Shown: one piece after another, positions 24,410 through 34,079 of the stretch
Position numbering within the stretch: position 1 is the first letter of the stretch
Layout: the number at the start of each line of letters is the position of its first letter
Assembly (NCBI GenBank): GCA_036525975.1
Contig: DATCZK010000001.1
Location: 5 to 64,004 of the forward strand
Length of the DNA stretch: 64,000 bases
Reading direction: 5' to 3'
Source of the DNA: Burkholderiaceae bacterium
GTDB lineage: Bacteria > Pseudomonadota > Gammaproteobacteria > Burkholderiales > Burkholderiaceae_E
Notes under the pieces: model-generated
What the model was told of the DNA's origin: nothing
Databases searched by the model: none
Seen by the model: the letters and a program-made list of their open reading frames with translations, nothing else
Position numbers and translations under genes: made by a program

Positions 24410-25342
24410 ATGATCGACGTTCTCTCGATCGGCGAGCCGATGATCGAGTTCAACCAGACCTCGGCGCGCGAGCCCGCGTACCTGCGCGGCTTCGGCGGCG
24501 ACACCTCGAACGTGGCGATCGCGGCGGCGCGCAGCGGCGCGCGCGCCGGGTACGCCACGCGGGTGGGCGACGACGGCTTCGGGCAACTGCTGCTCGAGCT
24601 GTGGCGCGCCGAGGGGGTGGACACCTCGCTCGTTTCCGTGGACCCCGCGGCGCACACCGGCGTGTACTTCGTGACGCACGGCCCGCGCGGGCACGCGTTC
24701 AGCTACCTGCGGGCCGGTTCGGCGGCGAGCCGCCTCGGCCCGCAGGACCTTCCCGCCGAGCGCGTTGCGCAGGCGCGCATCGTGCACGCCTCGGGCATCT
24801 CGCTCGCGATCTCCGCGAGCGCGTGCGACGCCGTGCTGCACGCCTTCGACGCGGCGCGCGGCGCGGGCCGCCGGGTGGCGCTCGACTCGAACCTCAGGAT
24901 CAAGCTCTGGCCGCTCAGCCGCGCGCGCGCGATCATCGGCGCGGCCGCCGGCATGGCCGAGTACTTCTTTCCCAGCCTGGAGGACGCGACCGCGCTCTCG
25001 GGGTTGAGCGAGCACGATGCGATCCTCGACTGGGCGCACGCGCTGGGCGCCGCCGTCGTCTTTCTCAAGCTGGGCGCCGATGGCGTGGTCGTGAGCGAGG
25101 GCGGCCGGCGCGAACGCTTCGAGGGGCACCGGGTGAACGCGCTCGACGCGACCGGCGCAGGCGATTGCTTCTGCGGCGCGTGCCTTGCGCGCATCGCGGC
25201 CGGCGACTCGGTGTGGGAAGCCGCGCGTTACGCCAACGCCGCAGCGGCGTTGGCAACCACCGGATTTGGCGCGGTCGCGCCTCTCCCCGGACCCGAACAG
25301 GTGCGCGCGCTGCTTGCAAGCACTCGTTCCGCGCCGCGCTAG
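24410..25342 (+). CDS. PfkB-family sugar kinase (2-dehydro-3-deoxygluconokinase-like)
   Basis: 310 aa. It has MIDVLSIGEPMIEFNQ.. and the C-terminal DATGAGDCFCGA motif of ribokinase/PfkB kinases. Confidence 0.85.
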   Translation: MIDVLSIGEPMIEFNQTSAREPAYLRGFGGDTSNVAIAAARSGARAGYATRVGDDGFGQLLLELWRAEGVDTSLVSVDPAAHTGVYFVTHGPRGHAFSYLRAGSAASRLGPQDLPAERVAQARIVHASGISLAISASACDAVLHAFDAARGAGRRVALDSNLRIKLWPLSRARAIIGAAAGMAEYFFPSLEDATALSGLSEHDAILDWAHALGAAVVFLKLGADGVVVSEGGRRERFEGHRVNALDATGAGDCFCGACLARIAAGDSVWEAARYANAAAALATTGFGAVAPLPGPEQVRALLASTRSAPR

Positions 25343-25399
25343 CAGCGCCATGCCAACTCCGAAGCGCGCCGCGAGCGCTCGCTCGACGCGCGCGAAACT

Positions 25400-26179
25400 T
25401 CAGAACGTGCCCGGGTACGCGCCGCCGTCGATCAGGAAGTTCTGCCCCGTGACGTAGGCGGCTTGCGCGCTGCACAGGTAGGCGCAGGCCTGGCCGAACT
25501 CCTGCGGATCGCCGAGCCTTCCGGCCGGGACGCCGGCGATCCTGCGCCGCATCGCCTCTTCCTCGCTCACGCCCATCGACTTCGCCGTGGCGGCCAGCGT
25601 GGCGCGGATGCGGTCGGTGTCGAACACGCCGGGCAGCAGGTTGTTGATCGTGACGTTGTGCGCGACGGTCTTGCGGGCGAGCCCGGCGACGAAACCGGTG
25701 AGCCCGCTGCGCGCGCCGTTCGACAGGCCGAGCACCTCGATGGGCGACTTCACCGAGCTCGAGGTGATGTTCACCACCCTGCCGAACTTGCGCTCGATCA
25801 TCCGGTCCACCGTGGCCTTGATCAGCTCGATCGGCGTGAGCATGTTCGCGTCGAGCGCCTTGATCCAGTCGTCGCGCGTGAAGTTGCGGAAGTCCCCGGG
25901 CGGCGGCCCCCCGGCGTTGTTCACGAGGATGTCGATCTGCGGCGCCGCCGCCAGCGCCTGCGCGCGGCCGGCCTCGGTCGTGATGTCGGCCGCCACCGCC
26001 ACCACCTCCACGCCGGTCTCGTCGGCGATCCGCTTCGCCGCCTCGGCCAGGGTCCGCTCGGTGCGCGCGTTGATCACCAGGTTCACGCCCTCGCCGGCGA
26101 GCGCGCGCGCGCAACCGTAGCCCAGGCCCTTGCTCGCGCCGCACACCAGCGCCCACTTGCCCTTGATGCCGAAATCCAT
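25400..26179 (-). CDS. SDR-family oxidoreductase
   Basis: 259 aa. It has GKWALVCGASKGLGYG (TGxxxGxG-type), NNAG, and an S..Y...K-type region. Confidence 0.9.
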   Translation of the reverse strand: MDFGIKGKWALVCGASKGLGYGCARALAGEGVNLVINARTERTLAEAAKRIADETGVEVVAVAADITTEAGRAQALAAAPQIDILVNNAGGPPPGDFRNFTRDDWIKALDANMLTPIELIKATVDRMIERKFGRVVNITSSSVKSPIEVLGLSNGARSGLTGFVAGLARKTVAHNVTINNLLPGVFDTDRIRATLAATAKSMGVSEEEAMRRRIAGVPAGRLGDPQEFGQACAYLCSAQAAYVTGQNFLIDGGAYPGTF

Positions 26180-26188
26180 CGTCGTCTC

Positions 26189-27082
26189 CTAGTCTTTTCT
26201 CATCGTGAGCAGGAACACGCCCGCCAGCACGATCGCCGTTCCGAAGAGCTGCGTCGCCGAGACCGGCTCGTCGAGCAGCAGGGCCGCCGACGCGATCGTC
26301 GCGGCAGGGCCGAGCATACCGGTTTGCGCGGCGGCCGATGACCCCACGCGCGCCACCCCGACCATCACCATGAATATCGGCAGCACCGTGCACAGCACCG
26401 CGTTCACGACCGAGAGCCCGTAGACCTCGGCCGGCTGCGACACGAGCGCCCGCGCGTCGAGCGCCACCGCCTGCACAAGGCACGCGATGCACGCGACGAT
26501 GCTCGCCCACGCCGTGAGGCGGATCGGGCCGATGCGCGCAACGAACTCGCCCCCCACGACCAGGTAGACGGCGTAGGCGAGCGCGCTGCCGAACACCAGC
26601 GCCGCGCCCAGCGGAACGTCGTCGCCGGACACGTTCAGGTCGTGCCAGAACACGAACAGCACCCCCGCGTACGCGATCACGAGCGCGATCCACTCGAGCG
26701 GCACGACCCGCTTTCGCAGCACCAGCACCGAGATCAGCATCACCAGCGTGGGGTTGAGGTAGAGGATCACCCGCTCGAGCCCGGCCGAGATGTACTGCAG
26801 GCCGATGAAGTCGAGAAAGCTCGCGAGGTAATAGCCCACCAGCCCCATGCCCGCGATCGGCAGCACGTCGCGCGCGCCGAGCCGCGCGCCCGCGTTGCGC
26901 CCCGCGTACCAGGCCGCGAGCGCGAACAGCGGCAGCGCGAAGGCCATTCGCAGCGCGATCAGCGTGACCGGGTCGACGCCGTAGCGGTACGAGAGCTTGA
27001 CGATGATCGCCTTGAACGAGAACAGCACCGATCCGGCGGCCGCGAGCGCGAGGCCGCCCAGGCGCGCGCGCTGCGCGCTCAT
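26189..27082 (-). CDS. DMT-superfamily transporter (EamA-like)
   Basis: 297 aa with about 10 hydrophobic helices and an EamA-like duplicated architecture. Confidence 0.88.
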   Translation of the reverse strand: MSAQRARLGGLALAAAGSVLFSFKAIIVKLSYRYGVDPVTLIALRMAFALPLFALAAWYAGRNAGARLGARDVLPIAGMGLVGYYLASFLDFIGLQYISAGLERVILYLNPTLVMLISVLVLRKRVVPLEWIALVIAYAGVLFVFWHDLNVSGDDVPLGAALVFGSALAYAVYLVVGGEFVARIGPIRLTAWASIVACIACLVQAVALDARALVSQPAEVYGLSVVNAVLCTVLPIFMVMVGVARVGSSAAAQTGMLGPAATIASAALLLDEPVSATQLFGTAIVLAGVFLLTMRKD

Positions 27083-27091
27083 CTCCCGGGT

Positions 27092-28597
27092 CTACCGCCG
27101 GCGCAGGATCGAGCCGAGCACGCCGCGGATGACTTCGCGCCCGATCGTGGAGCCGATCGTGCGCGCCGCGCTCTTGGCCACCGCTTCGAGCAGCGAGTCT
27201 TTCCGCCCCGTGCCCCGCAGGATGCCCCCCAGCGCGCCGCCGCCGGAAGGCGCCGCCTTTTCGGCTTCCTTGCGCGCCGCCGCCTGCGCGGCCTCCTGTT
27301 CGGCCGCCTTCGCCTTGGCCGCCGCGTCGGCCGCCAGTTTCTCGTAGGCCGACTCGCGATCGAGCGGCTGCTCGTAGATTCCGGCGACGACCGAGCGGCG
27401 CATCACGTCGGCGCGCTCGGCGCCGTCGATCGGCCCGATGCGCGAGGCCGGGGGCATCACGAACGCGCGCTCGACCACGCTCGGGCGCCCCTTGGCGTCG
27501 AGGAACGACACCAGCGCTTCGCCCACCCCCAGCTCGGTGATCGCGGCCTCGGCGTCGAAGGCCGGGTTCTGGCGCATCGTGCTCGCGGCCGACTTCACCG
27601 CCTTCTGGTCGCGCGGCGTGAACGCGCGCAACGCGTGCTGCACGCGGTTGCCGAGCTGGCCCAGCACCGCTTCGGGCACGTCGAGCGGGTTCTGCGTCAC
27701 GAAATACACGCCCACGCCCTTGGAGCGGATCAGCCGCACCACCTGCTCCACCTTCTCGAGCAGTGCGCGCGGCGCTTCGTTGAACAGCAGGTGCGCCTCG
27801 TCGAAGAAGAACACGAACCTGGGCTTGTCGGGGTCGCCGACCTCGGGCAGGTTCTCGAACAGCTCCGAGAGCAGCCACAGCAGGAACGCGCCGTAGAGGC
27901 GCGGCGCGCTCATCAGGCGGTCGGCCGCGAGGATGTTGAGCACGCCGCGACCGCTCGCGTCGGTCTGCATCATGTCGTCGAGGTTGAGCATCGGCTCGCC
28001 GAAGAAGCGGTCGGCGCCCTGCGCGTCGAGCGCGAGCAGCCCGCGCTGGATCGCGCCGATCGACGCGGCCGAGACGTTGCCGTACCCGGTGGTGAACTGG
28101 CGCGCGTTCTCGCCCACGAACTGCAGCATCGCGCGCAGGTCTTTCGCGTCGAGCAGCAGCAGCCCGCGCTCGTCGGCGATCCTGAACACCAGGTGCAGCA
28201 CTCCTTCCTGCGTGTCGTTGAGCCCGAGCATGCGCGCGAGCAGCAGCGGCCCCATGTCCGAGACGGTCGCCCGCAGCGGGTGCCCCTTCTCGCCGAACAC
28301 GTCCCACAGCGTGACCGGGAACGCCCTGAACTCGGGCTCGGGCAGGCCGAGGCGGTCGAGGCGCTCGCTGAACCTGGGGCTGGTCGCGCCGGCGCGCGCC
28401 ACGCCGGTGAGGTCGCCCTTCACGTCGGACATGAACACCGGCACGCCGATCGACGAGAACGCCTCGGCCATCACCTGCAGCGTGACGGTCTTGCCGGTTC
28501 CGGTGGCGCCGGTGATCAGCCCGTGGCGATTGGCCAGCGCGGGGAGGATGCCCAGCTCGGTGTCGCCGGCGAGGGCGATTCTCATTGGTTCTGACAT
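27092..28597 (-). CDS. HerA-like P-loop NTPase (DUF853 / YjgR family)
   Basis: Real part of track ORF 27092..28972, with the start at [43 protein letters not shown] (Walker A). It has [10 protein letters not shown] (Walker B-like) and a Lys/Ala-rich C-terminal tail. Confidence 0.88.
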   Translation of the reverse strand: MSEPMRIALAGDTELGILPALANRHGLITGATGTGKTVTLQVMAEAFSSIGVPVFMSDVKGDLTGVARAGATSPRFSERLDRLGLPEPEFRAFPVTLWDVFGEKGHPLRATVSDMGPLLLARMLGLNDTQEGVLHLVFRIADERGLLLLDAKDLRAMLQFVGENARQFTTGYGNVSAASIGAIQRGLLALDAQGADRFFGEPMLNLDDMMQTDASGRGVLNILAADRLMSAPRLYGAFLLWLLSELFENLPEVGDPDKPRFVFFFDEAHLLFNEAPRALLEKVEQVVRLIRSKGVGVYFVTQNPLDVPEAVLGQLGNRVQHALRAFTPRDQKAVKSAASTMRQNPAFDAEAAITELGVGEALVSFLDAKGRPSVVERAFVMPPASRIGPIDGAERADVMRRSVVAGIYEQPLDRESAYEKLAADAAAKAKAAEQEAAQAAARKEAEKAAPSGGGALGGILRGTGRKDSLLEAVAKSAARTIGSTIGREVIRGVLGSILRRR

Positions 28598-28651
28598 GGC
28601 CGCGGGGCGCGGCCGCGAGCGCCGCGCGTTGGTTTGGGTGGATCGGGTCGA

Positions 28652-28660
28652 TGCTAAAAT
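28652..28660 (+). promoter_or_regulatory. Possible extended -10 promoter element for yebC
   Basis: TGCTAAAAT (TGn + TAAAAT) lies 71 nt upstream of the yebC ATG in the divergent intergenic region. No convincing -35 element. Confidence 0.3.
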
Positions 28661-28730
28661 GACGGACTTCTCCCGCAATTCGACCACGCGCCGCGCGGGC
28701 AGCGCAAGCGCGTTCAGGAAGGGTTCCTCC

Positions 28731-29462
28731 ATGGCCGGCCATTCGAAGTGGGCCAACATCCAGCATCGCAAGAACCGCCAGGACGCCAAGCGCGGCAAGA
28801 TCTTCACCCGGGTGATCAAGGAAATCACGGTTGCGGCAAAACTGGGCGGCTCCGACCCCTCCACCAACCCGCGGCTGCGCCTCGCGATCGAGAAAGCCTC
28901 CGACGCCAACATGTCGAAAGACACCGTCACGAAGGCGATCCAGCGCGGCGCGGGCGAGCTCGACGGCGCCAACTACGAGGAGATCCGCTACGAGGGCTAC
29001 GGCACCGGGGGCGCCGCGGTGATCGTCGATTGCATGACGGACAACCGCACGCGCACGGTGGCCGACGTGCGCCACGCGTTCTCCAAGCACGGCGGAAACC
29101 TCGGCACCGACGGATCGGTGGCCTTCCTGTTTCGCCACTGCGGGCAGTTCCTGTTCGCGCCCGGCGCGCGCGAGGAGCGGGTCATGGAGGTTGCGATCGA
29201 TGCCGGCGCTGACGACGTCCTCACCGACGCCGAGGGCGGTCTGGAGGTCACCTGCGCGCCGGGAGACTTCGCCGGCGTGAAGAAGGCGTTCGACGACGCC
29301 GGCCTGAAAGCCGAGGTGGCGGAGGTCACGATGAAGCCGCTCACCGAAACCGAGATCGCGGGCGACGCCGCGCAGTCGATGCGCAAGCTGGTCGACGCAC
29401 TCGAAGACCTCGACGACGTGCAGCAGGTCTACACCAACGTCGTCTTCGACGAGAGCGAATGA
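28731..29462 (+). CDS. yebC: YebC/PmpR-family DNA-binding transcriptional regulator
   Basis: [32 protein letters not shown].. is the diagnostic YebC N-terminus; 243 aa. Confidence 0.93.
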   Translation: MAGHSKWANIQHRKNRQDAKRGKIFTRVIKEITVAAKLGGSDPSTNPRLRLAIEKASDANMSKDTVTKAIQRGAGELDGANYEEIRYEGYGTGGAAVIVDCMTDNRTRTVADVRHAFSKHGGNLGTDGSVAFLFRHCGQFLFAPGAREERVMEVAIDAGADDVLTDAEGGLEVTCAPGDFAGVKKAFDDAGLKAEVAEVTMKPLTETEIAGDAAQSMRKLVDALEDLDDVQQVYTNVVFDESE

Positions 29463-29490
29463 AGCGCCCGCACGCGAAGCGCCCGCACGC
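29461..29490. repeat. Perfect 15-bp tandem duplication (GAAGCGCCCGCACGC x2) that includes the last two bases of the yebC stop codon
   Basis: Read directly: 29461..29475 is identical to 29476..29490. The yebC TGA is at 29460..29462. Confidence 0.9.
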
Positions 29491-29526
29491 GCGCCCGACT
29501 CGCGCCCCGACCCGGGCGGGGCGCCC

Positions 29527-30813
29527 GTGAAGCTGCTCGTGATCGGTTCGGGCGGCCGCGAGCACGCGCTCGCGTGGCGTCTCGTGCAATCGCCGCGCGT
29601 GCAGACCGTGTTCGTCGCGCCCGGAAACGGCGGCACGGCCCGCGAGCCGGGGCTGGAGAACGTGGCGATCACCGACCTCGTCGAGCTCGCCGACTTCGCC
29701 CTCGGCGAGGACGTCGCGTTCACGGTGGTCGGCCCCGAGGCGCCGCTCGCGGCCGGGGTGGTGGACCTCTTTCGCGAGCGCGGGCTGGCGATCTTCGGGC
29801 CCACCAGCGCCGCCGCCCAGCTCGAGTCGTCGAAGGACTTCGCCAAGGCCTTCATGAAGCGCCACGGCATCCCCACCGCCGCGTACGAGACCTTCACCGA
29901 CGCCGCCGCGGCGCACGCCTGCGTGGAGCGCCGCGGCGCGCCGATCGTCGTGAAGGCCGACGGCCTCGCGGCCGGCAAGGGCGTGGTGGTGGCCGCCACG
30001 GTGCAGGAAGCGCACGCCGCGATCGACGCGATGCTGGTGGGCAACAGCATGGGCTCGGCCGGCGCCCGGGTCGTGATCGAGGACTTCCTGCGCGGCGAGG
30101 AGGCCAGCTTCATCGTCATGGTCGACGGCCGCAACGTGCTGGCGCTGGCCTCGAGCCAGGATCACAAGCGCCTGCTCGACGGCGACCAGGGCCCGAACAC
30201 CGGCGGCATGGGCGCGTATTCGCCGGCTCCGGTGGTCACGCCCGAGATCCACGCCAAGGTCATGCGCGAGATCATCATGCCCACGGTGAGCGGCATGGCG
30301 CGCGAGGGCATTCCGTTCACCGGTTTCCTCTACGCGGGCCTGATGATCGACGACAGCGGCCAGCCGCGCACGCTCGAATTCAACTGCCGCATGGGCGACC
30401 CCGAGACGCAGCCGATCATGGCCCGCATCAAGAGCGACCTCGCGGCCGTGTTCGAGCTGGCGATCGAGGGGCGCCTCGACGAAGCCGAGGTCACCTGGGA
30501 CCGGCGCACCGCGCTGGGCGTGGTGCTCGCCGCGCCGGGATACCCGCAGGCGCCGCGCGCGGGCGATCGCATCCGCGGGCTCTCCGCCAGGGGCAACGCC
30601 CCCGACGCCGACTGCCTCGTGTTCCACGCCGGCACGCGCGACGAGGGCGACGAGATCGTCACGGCGGGCGGCCGCGTGCTGTGCGTGACCGCGCTGGGCG
30701 ACTCGGTGAAGATCGCGCAGTCGGTCGCGTACCAGGCGATCGAACAGATCGCCTTCGACGGCATGCAGTTTCGCAGCGACATCGGCCACCGCGCGCTGGC
30801 GCGCAAGCGCTGA
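29527..30813 (+). CDS. purD: Phosphoribosylamine--glycine ligase
   Basis: 428 aa with a GTG start. Sequence MKLLVIGSGGREHALAWRL.. and full-length PurD pattern. Confidence 0.95.
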   Translation: MKLLVIGSGGREHALAWRLVQSPRVQTVFVAPGNGGTAREPGLENVAITDLVELADFALGEDVAFTVVGPEAPLAAGVVDLFRERGLAIFGPTSAAAQLESSKDFAKAFMKRHGIPTAAYETFTDAAAAHACVERRGAPIVVKADGLAAGKGVVVAATVQEAHAAIDAMLVGNSMGSAGARVVIEDFLRGEEASFIVMVDGRNVLALASSQDHKRLLDGDQGPNTGGMGAYSPAPVVTPEIHAKVMREIIMPTVSGMAREGIPFTGFLYAGLMIDDSGQPRTLEFNCRMGDPETQPIMARIKSDLAAVFELAIEGRLDEAEVTWDRRTALGVVLAAPGYPQAPRAGDRIRGLSARGNAPDADCLVFHAGTRDEGDEIVTAGGRVLCVTALGDSVKIAQSVAYQAIEQIAFDGMQFRSDIGHRALARKR

Positions 30814-30846
30814 ACCCGGCGCGCACCACGAGAGCCCCGCCACGAC

Positions 30847-31782
30847 ATGCCAGACCAGGCTCCCGACGCGGCACCGCACGCGCAGCGCCCCGACAGCGCG
30901 GCCGTTCGCAACTACCTCGTTGCGCTGCAGGCCCGGATCGTGTCGGCGCTCGAGGCGCTGGACGGTACGCGGTTTCGCGCCGACCAGTGGCAGCGCCCCG
31001 AGGGCGGCGGCGGCACCACGCGGGTGATCGAGGAAGGCGGCGTGTTCGAGCGCGGCGGCGTGAACTTCTCGCACGTGTTCGGCGAGCGGCTCCCGCCCTC
31101 GGCGAGCGCGCAGCGCCCGCAACTCGCGGGCCGGGCGTTCGAGGCGATGGGCGTGTCGCTGGTGCTGCACCCGCGCAACCCCTACGTGCCCACCGTGCAC
31201 ATGAACGTGCGCTTCTTCGCCACGCGCGGCGGCGGCGAGCCGGTGTGGTGGTTCGGCGGGGGCATGGACCTCACGCCCTACTACCCGTTCGAGAAAGACG
31301 TCGTGCGCTTTCACTCGGTGTGCCGCGACGCGCTCGCCCCGCACGGCGAGCACCTGCACCCGCGCTTCAAGAAGTGGTGCGACGAGTACTTCTTCCTCAA
31401 GCACCGCAACGAGCCGCGCGGCGTGGGTGGGGTGTTCTTCGACGACTTCAGCGAGCTCGGGTTCGAGCGCTCGTTCGCGATGACCCGCAGCGTGGGCGAC
31501 GCGCTGCTCGAGGCCTACGTGCCGATCGTGCAGCGCCATCGCGACGCTGCCTGGGGCGAGCGCGAGCGCGCGTTCCAGGCCTACCGCAGGGGCCGCTACG
31601 TGGAGTTCAACCTGGTCTACGACCGCGGTACGCTGTTCGGGCTGCAATCGGGCGGGCGCACCGAGTCGATCCTGATGTCGATGCCCCCGGTGGCGCACTG
31701 GCGCTACGACTGGCAGCCCGACCCGGGCAGCGCCGAGGCGCGCCTGTACACCGACTTCCTGCGCCCGCGCGAATGGGTCTAG
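30847..31782 (+). CDS. hemF: Oxygen-dependent coproporphyrinogen III oxidase
   Basis: 311 aa. It has ..[30 protein letters not shown].. ; ..[14 protein letters not shown].. ; ..[15 protein letters not shown].., typical HemF motifs. Confidence 0.95.
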   Translation: MPDQAPDAAPHAQRPDSAAVRNYLVALQARIVSALEALDGTRFRADQWQRPEGGGGTTRVIEEGGVFERGGVNFSHVFGERLPPSASAQRPQLAGRAFEAMGVSLVLHPRNPYVPTVHMNVRFFATRGGGEPVWWFGGGMDLTPYYPFEKDVVRFHSVCRDALAPHGEHLHPRFKKWCDEYFFLKHRNEPRGVGGVFFDDFSELGFERSFAMTRSVGDALLEAYVPIVQRHRDAAWGERERAFQAYRRGRYVEFNLVYDRGTLFGLQSGGRTESILMSMPPVAHWRYDWQPDPGSAEARLYTDFLRPREWV

Positions 31783-32453
31783 GGCCTGTTCGCGCCACGT
31801 TCGTGACACGCCAGCGCATCGGCATTCTCGGCGGCACCTTCGATCCGGTTCACGTCGGGCACCTCGCGCTGGCGCGCGCGGCGCGCGACGCGCTCGCGCT
31901 CGACGAAGTCAGGTTCGTGCCCACGGCGCGCTCGTGGCAAAAGGGCGCGGCGGGCGCGAGCGCGCAGCAGCGCCTGGCCATGGTTCGGCTGGCGGTCGGC
32001 GCCACGCCCGGCTTCGGAGTCGATGCGCGCGAGGTCGAGCGCGGCGGTTCGAGCTACACGATCGACACCCTGCAGGCGCTGCGCGCCGAGCTGGGGCCGC
32101 AACCCGCGCTGGTGCTGCTGATCGGCAGCGACCAGCTGCGCAACCTCTGGAGCTGGCGCCGGGCCGACCAGCTGCTCGACTACGCGCACATCGCGTGCAC
32201 GCAGCGCGGGCCGTCCGACCCGGCGCCCCTCGCGCCCGAGGTCGAGGCGCTGATCGACGCGCACGGCCGCGACGCGCTGCCCGACGAGGCCGCGGGGAGC
32301 ATCGTCTTCTTCACGATGCCGCCGGTGCCGGTTTCCGCGACCGCGTTGCGCGCCGAACTGGCGCGCGGCGCGCGCCCGCGCGAACTGGTTCCCCCCGGCG
32401 TTCTCGACTATATTGAAACGCATCGACTCTACCGGAGAGACAGTGCCCACTGA
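31773..32453 (+). CDS. nadD: Nicotinate-nucleotide adenylyltransferase
   Basis: Real C-terminal part of track ORF 29574..32453. It has [19 protein letters not shown] (the (H/T)xGH motif). ATG at 31773 overlaps the hemF end; an alternative GTG is at 31803. Confidence 0.88.
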   Translation: MGLGPVRATFVTRQRIGILGGTFDPVHVGHLALARAARDALALDEVRFVPTARSWQKGAAGASAQQRLAMVRLAVGATPGFGVDAREVERGGSSYTIDTLQALRAELGPQPALVLLIGSDQLRNLWSWRRADQLLDYAHIACTQRGPSDPAPLAPEVEALIDAHGRDALPDEAAGSIVFFTMPPVPVSATALRAELARGARPRELVPPGVLDYIETHRLYRRDSAH

Positions 32454-32841
32454 AGCCAGAGAAAGACCCGGCGCGAGGCCGACCGACCTGCGCAAGCTGC
32501 AGCGGCTGGTGGTCGACGCGCTCGAGGAAGTGAAGGCGCAGGACATCCGCGTGTTCAACACCACCGATCTCACGGGCCTGTTCGACCGGGTCGTGGTGGC
32601 GTCGGGCACTTCGAACCGCCAGACCCGGGCGCTCGCGTCGCGCGTTTGCGAGAAGGCGAAGGCACACGGCGCGCAGGTGCTGTCGGTGGAGGGCGAGGAA
32701 ACCGGCGAGTGGGTGCTGGTGGACCTGGGCGACATCGTCGTGCACGTGATGCAGCCGGCCATCCGCAGCTACTACAACCTCGAGGAACTCTGGGGCAGCA
32801 AGCCGGTGCGCGTGAGGCTGGGCGCGCCCGCGGCGCGCTGA
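32443..32841 (+). CDS. rsfS: Ribosome silencing factor RsfS
   Basis: ..LQRLVVDALEEVKAQDIRVFNTTDLTGLFDRVVVASGTSNRQTRALA..WVLVDLGDIVVHVMQP..R.YYNLEELW. GTG at 32443 is preceded by GGAGAG. The track ORF begins at TTG 32413. Confidence 0.88.
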   Translation: MPTEARERPGARPTDLRKLQRLVVDALEEVKAQDIRVFNTTDLTGLFDRVVVASGTSNRQTRALASRVCEKAKAHGAQVLSVEGEETGEWVLVDLGDIVVHVMQPAIRSYYNLEELWGSKPVRVRLGAPAAR

Positions 32842-32898
32842 GCCCCGGGTGCGCGAGCGGCCCGACGCAAGAGCGGCGCGACCGGCCCGCGCCTGCCG

Positions 32899-33369
32899 AT
32901 GCTGATCCGCGTGATCGCCGTGGGCACCCGCATGCCCGGGTGGGTGAGCGAGGCCGTGGCCGAGTATTCGCGGCGGATGCCGGCCGAAATGCGTCTCGAG
33001 TGGCGCGAAGTTCGCGCCGAGCCGCGCTCCGCGAACGGCAACCCGCAGCGCTGGATGGAACGCGAGTGCGAGCGCATCCGGGCCGCCCTGCCGGCGAACG
33101 CGAGCGTCGTGGCGCTCGACGAGCGCGGCGCCGACCTCGACACGCGCGCGCTCGCGCAGCGCCTGCGGCACTGGCAGCGCGAGGCCCGCCCGGTCGCGAT
33201 CCTGATCGGCGGACCCGACGGCCTCGACGCCTCGCTCAAGTCGCAGGCGAGCGAGTCGATCCGGCTGTCCTCGCTCACGCTCGCGCACCCGCTCGTGCGC
33301 GTCGTGCTCGCCGAGCAGCTCTACCGCGCGTGGTCGCTGCTCGCGAACCACCCCTACCACCGCGAATGA
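32899..33369 (+). CDS. rlmH: 23S rRNA (pseudouridine1915-N3)-methyltransferase
   Basis: 156 aa. MLIRVIAVGTRMPGWV.. ; ..LSSLTLAHPLVRVVLAEQLYRAWSLLANHPYHRE is the RlmH C-terminus. Confidence 0.93.
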   Translation: MLIRVIAVGTRMPGWVSEAVAEYSRRMPAEMRLEWREVRAEPRSANGNPQRWMERECERIRAALPANASVVALDERGADLDTRALAQRLRHWQREARPVAILIGGPDGLDASLKSQASESIRLSSLTLAHPLVRVVLAEQLYRAWSLLANHPYHRE

Positions 33370-33428
33370 CCCCCGTCGCCGCCGTGCGCCTCCAACGGGC
33401 CGGTTTCCCGGTGCCGCCGGGCTAGCCG

Positions 33429-34079
33429 ATGGCCGCGGCGCAGCATCCGTTCATCTACCTCGCCTCGGCGAGCCCGCGGCGCCAGGAGCTGCTGCGCCAG
33501 ATCGGCGTCGCGTTCCGGCTGCTGCCCGCGGCGCCGGCGCACGAGGCCGAGGCGATCGAGCAGCCGATCGCGGCGGAATCCCCTGCGGTCTACGTGCGCC
33601 GCGTGGCGCTCGCCAAGCTCCACGCGGCGCTCGAGCGCCGCGAGCGCCTCGCGCTGCCGCAGGCGCCCGTTCTCGCCGCCGACACCACCGTGGCGCAGGG
33701 CGGCACGATGCTGGGCAAGCCGCTCGACGCCGCCGACGCGGCGCGCATGCTGCGATGCCTGTCGGGCCGCACGCACAGGGTGCTCACCGCGGTGGCGCTC
33801 GCGCACGGCAGCCGGCGGCGGCTGGCGGTGAGCGTTTCGCGCGTGACGTTCGCGCGGCTCACCCCGCGCCAGATCGACGCCTACGTGGCCACCGGCGAGC
33901 CTTTCGACAAGGCCGGCGGCTACGGCATCCAGGGCGCGGCCGGGGCCTTCGCGCGCCGGATCGAGGGCAGCTACTCCGGTATCATGGGCCTGCCGCTGTA
34001 CGAGACCGCGCGACTGCTGCGAGGCCTGGTCGATTCGCCACTGCTCGGCGGCACCCGCGCAACCGACCGACAGCGATGA
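33429..34079 (+). CDS. maf: Maf-family nucleoside triphosphate pyrophosphatase
   Basis: 216 aa. It has ..IYLASASPRRQELLRQIGV.. ; ..DKAGGYGIQG.., which are Maf motifs. Confidence 0.9.
   Translation: MAAAQHPFIYLASASPRRQELLRQIGVAFRLLPAAPAHEAEAIEQPIAAESPAVYVRRVALAKLHAALERRERLALPQAPVLAADTTVAQGGTMLGKPLDAADAARMLRCLSGRTHRVLTAVALAHGSRRRLAVSVSRVTFARLTPRQIDAYVATGEPFDKAGGYGIQGAAGAFARRIEGSYSGIMGLPLYETARLLRGLVDSPLLGGTRATDRQR

Noticed and set aside
25065-30134. 1689-aa minus-strand ORF covering kdgK-like through purD
   Set aside because: It crosses several well-supported genes on both strands (SDR, DMT, HerA-like, yebC, purD). Its composition is degenerate and Arg/Ala-rich, so I treat it as a high-GC artefact.
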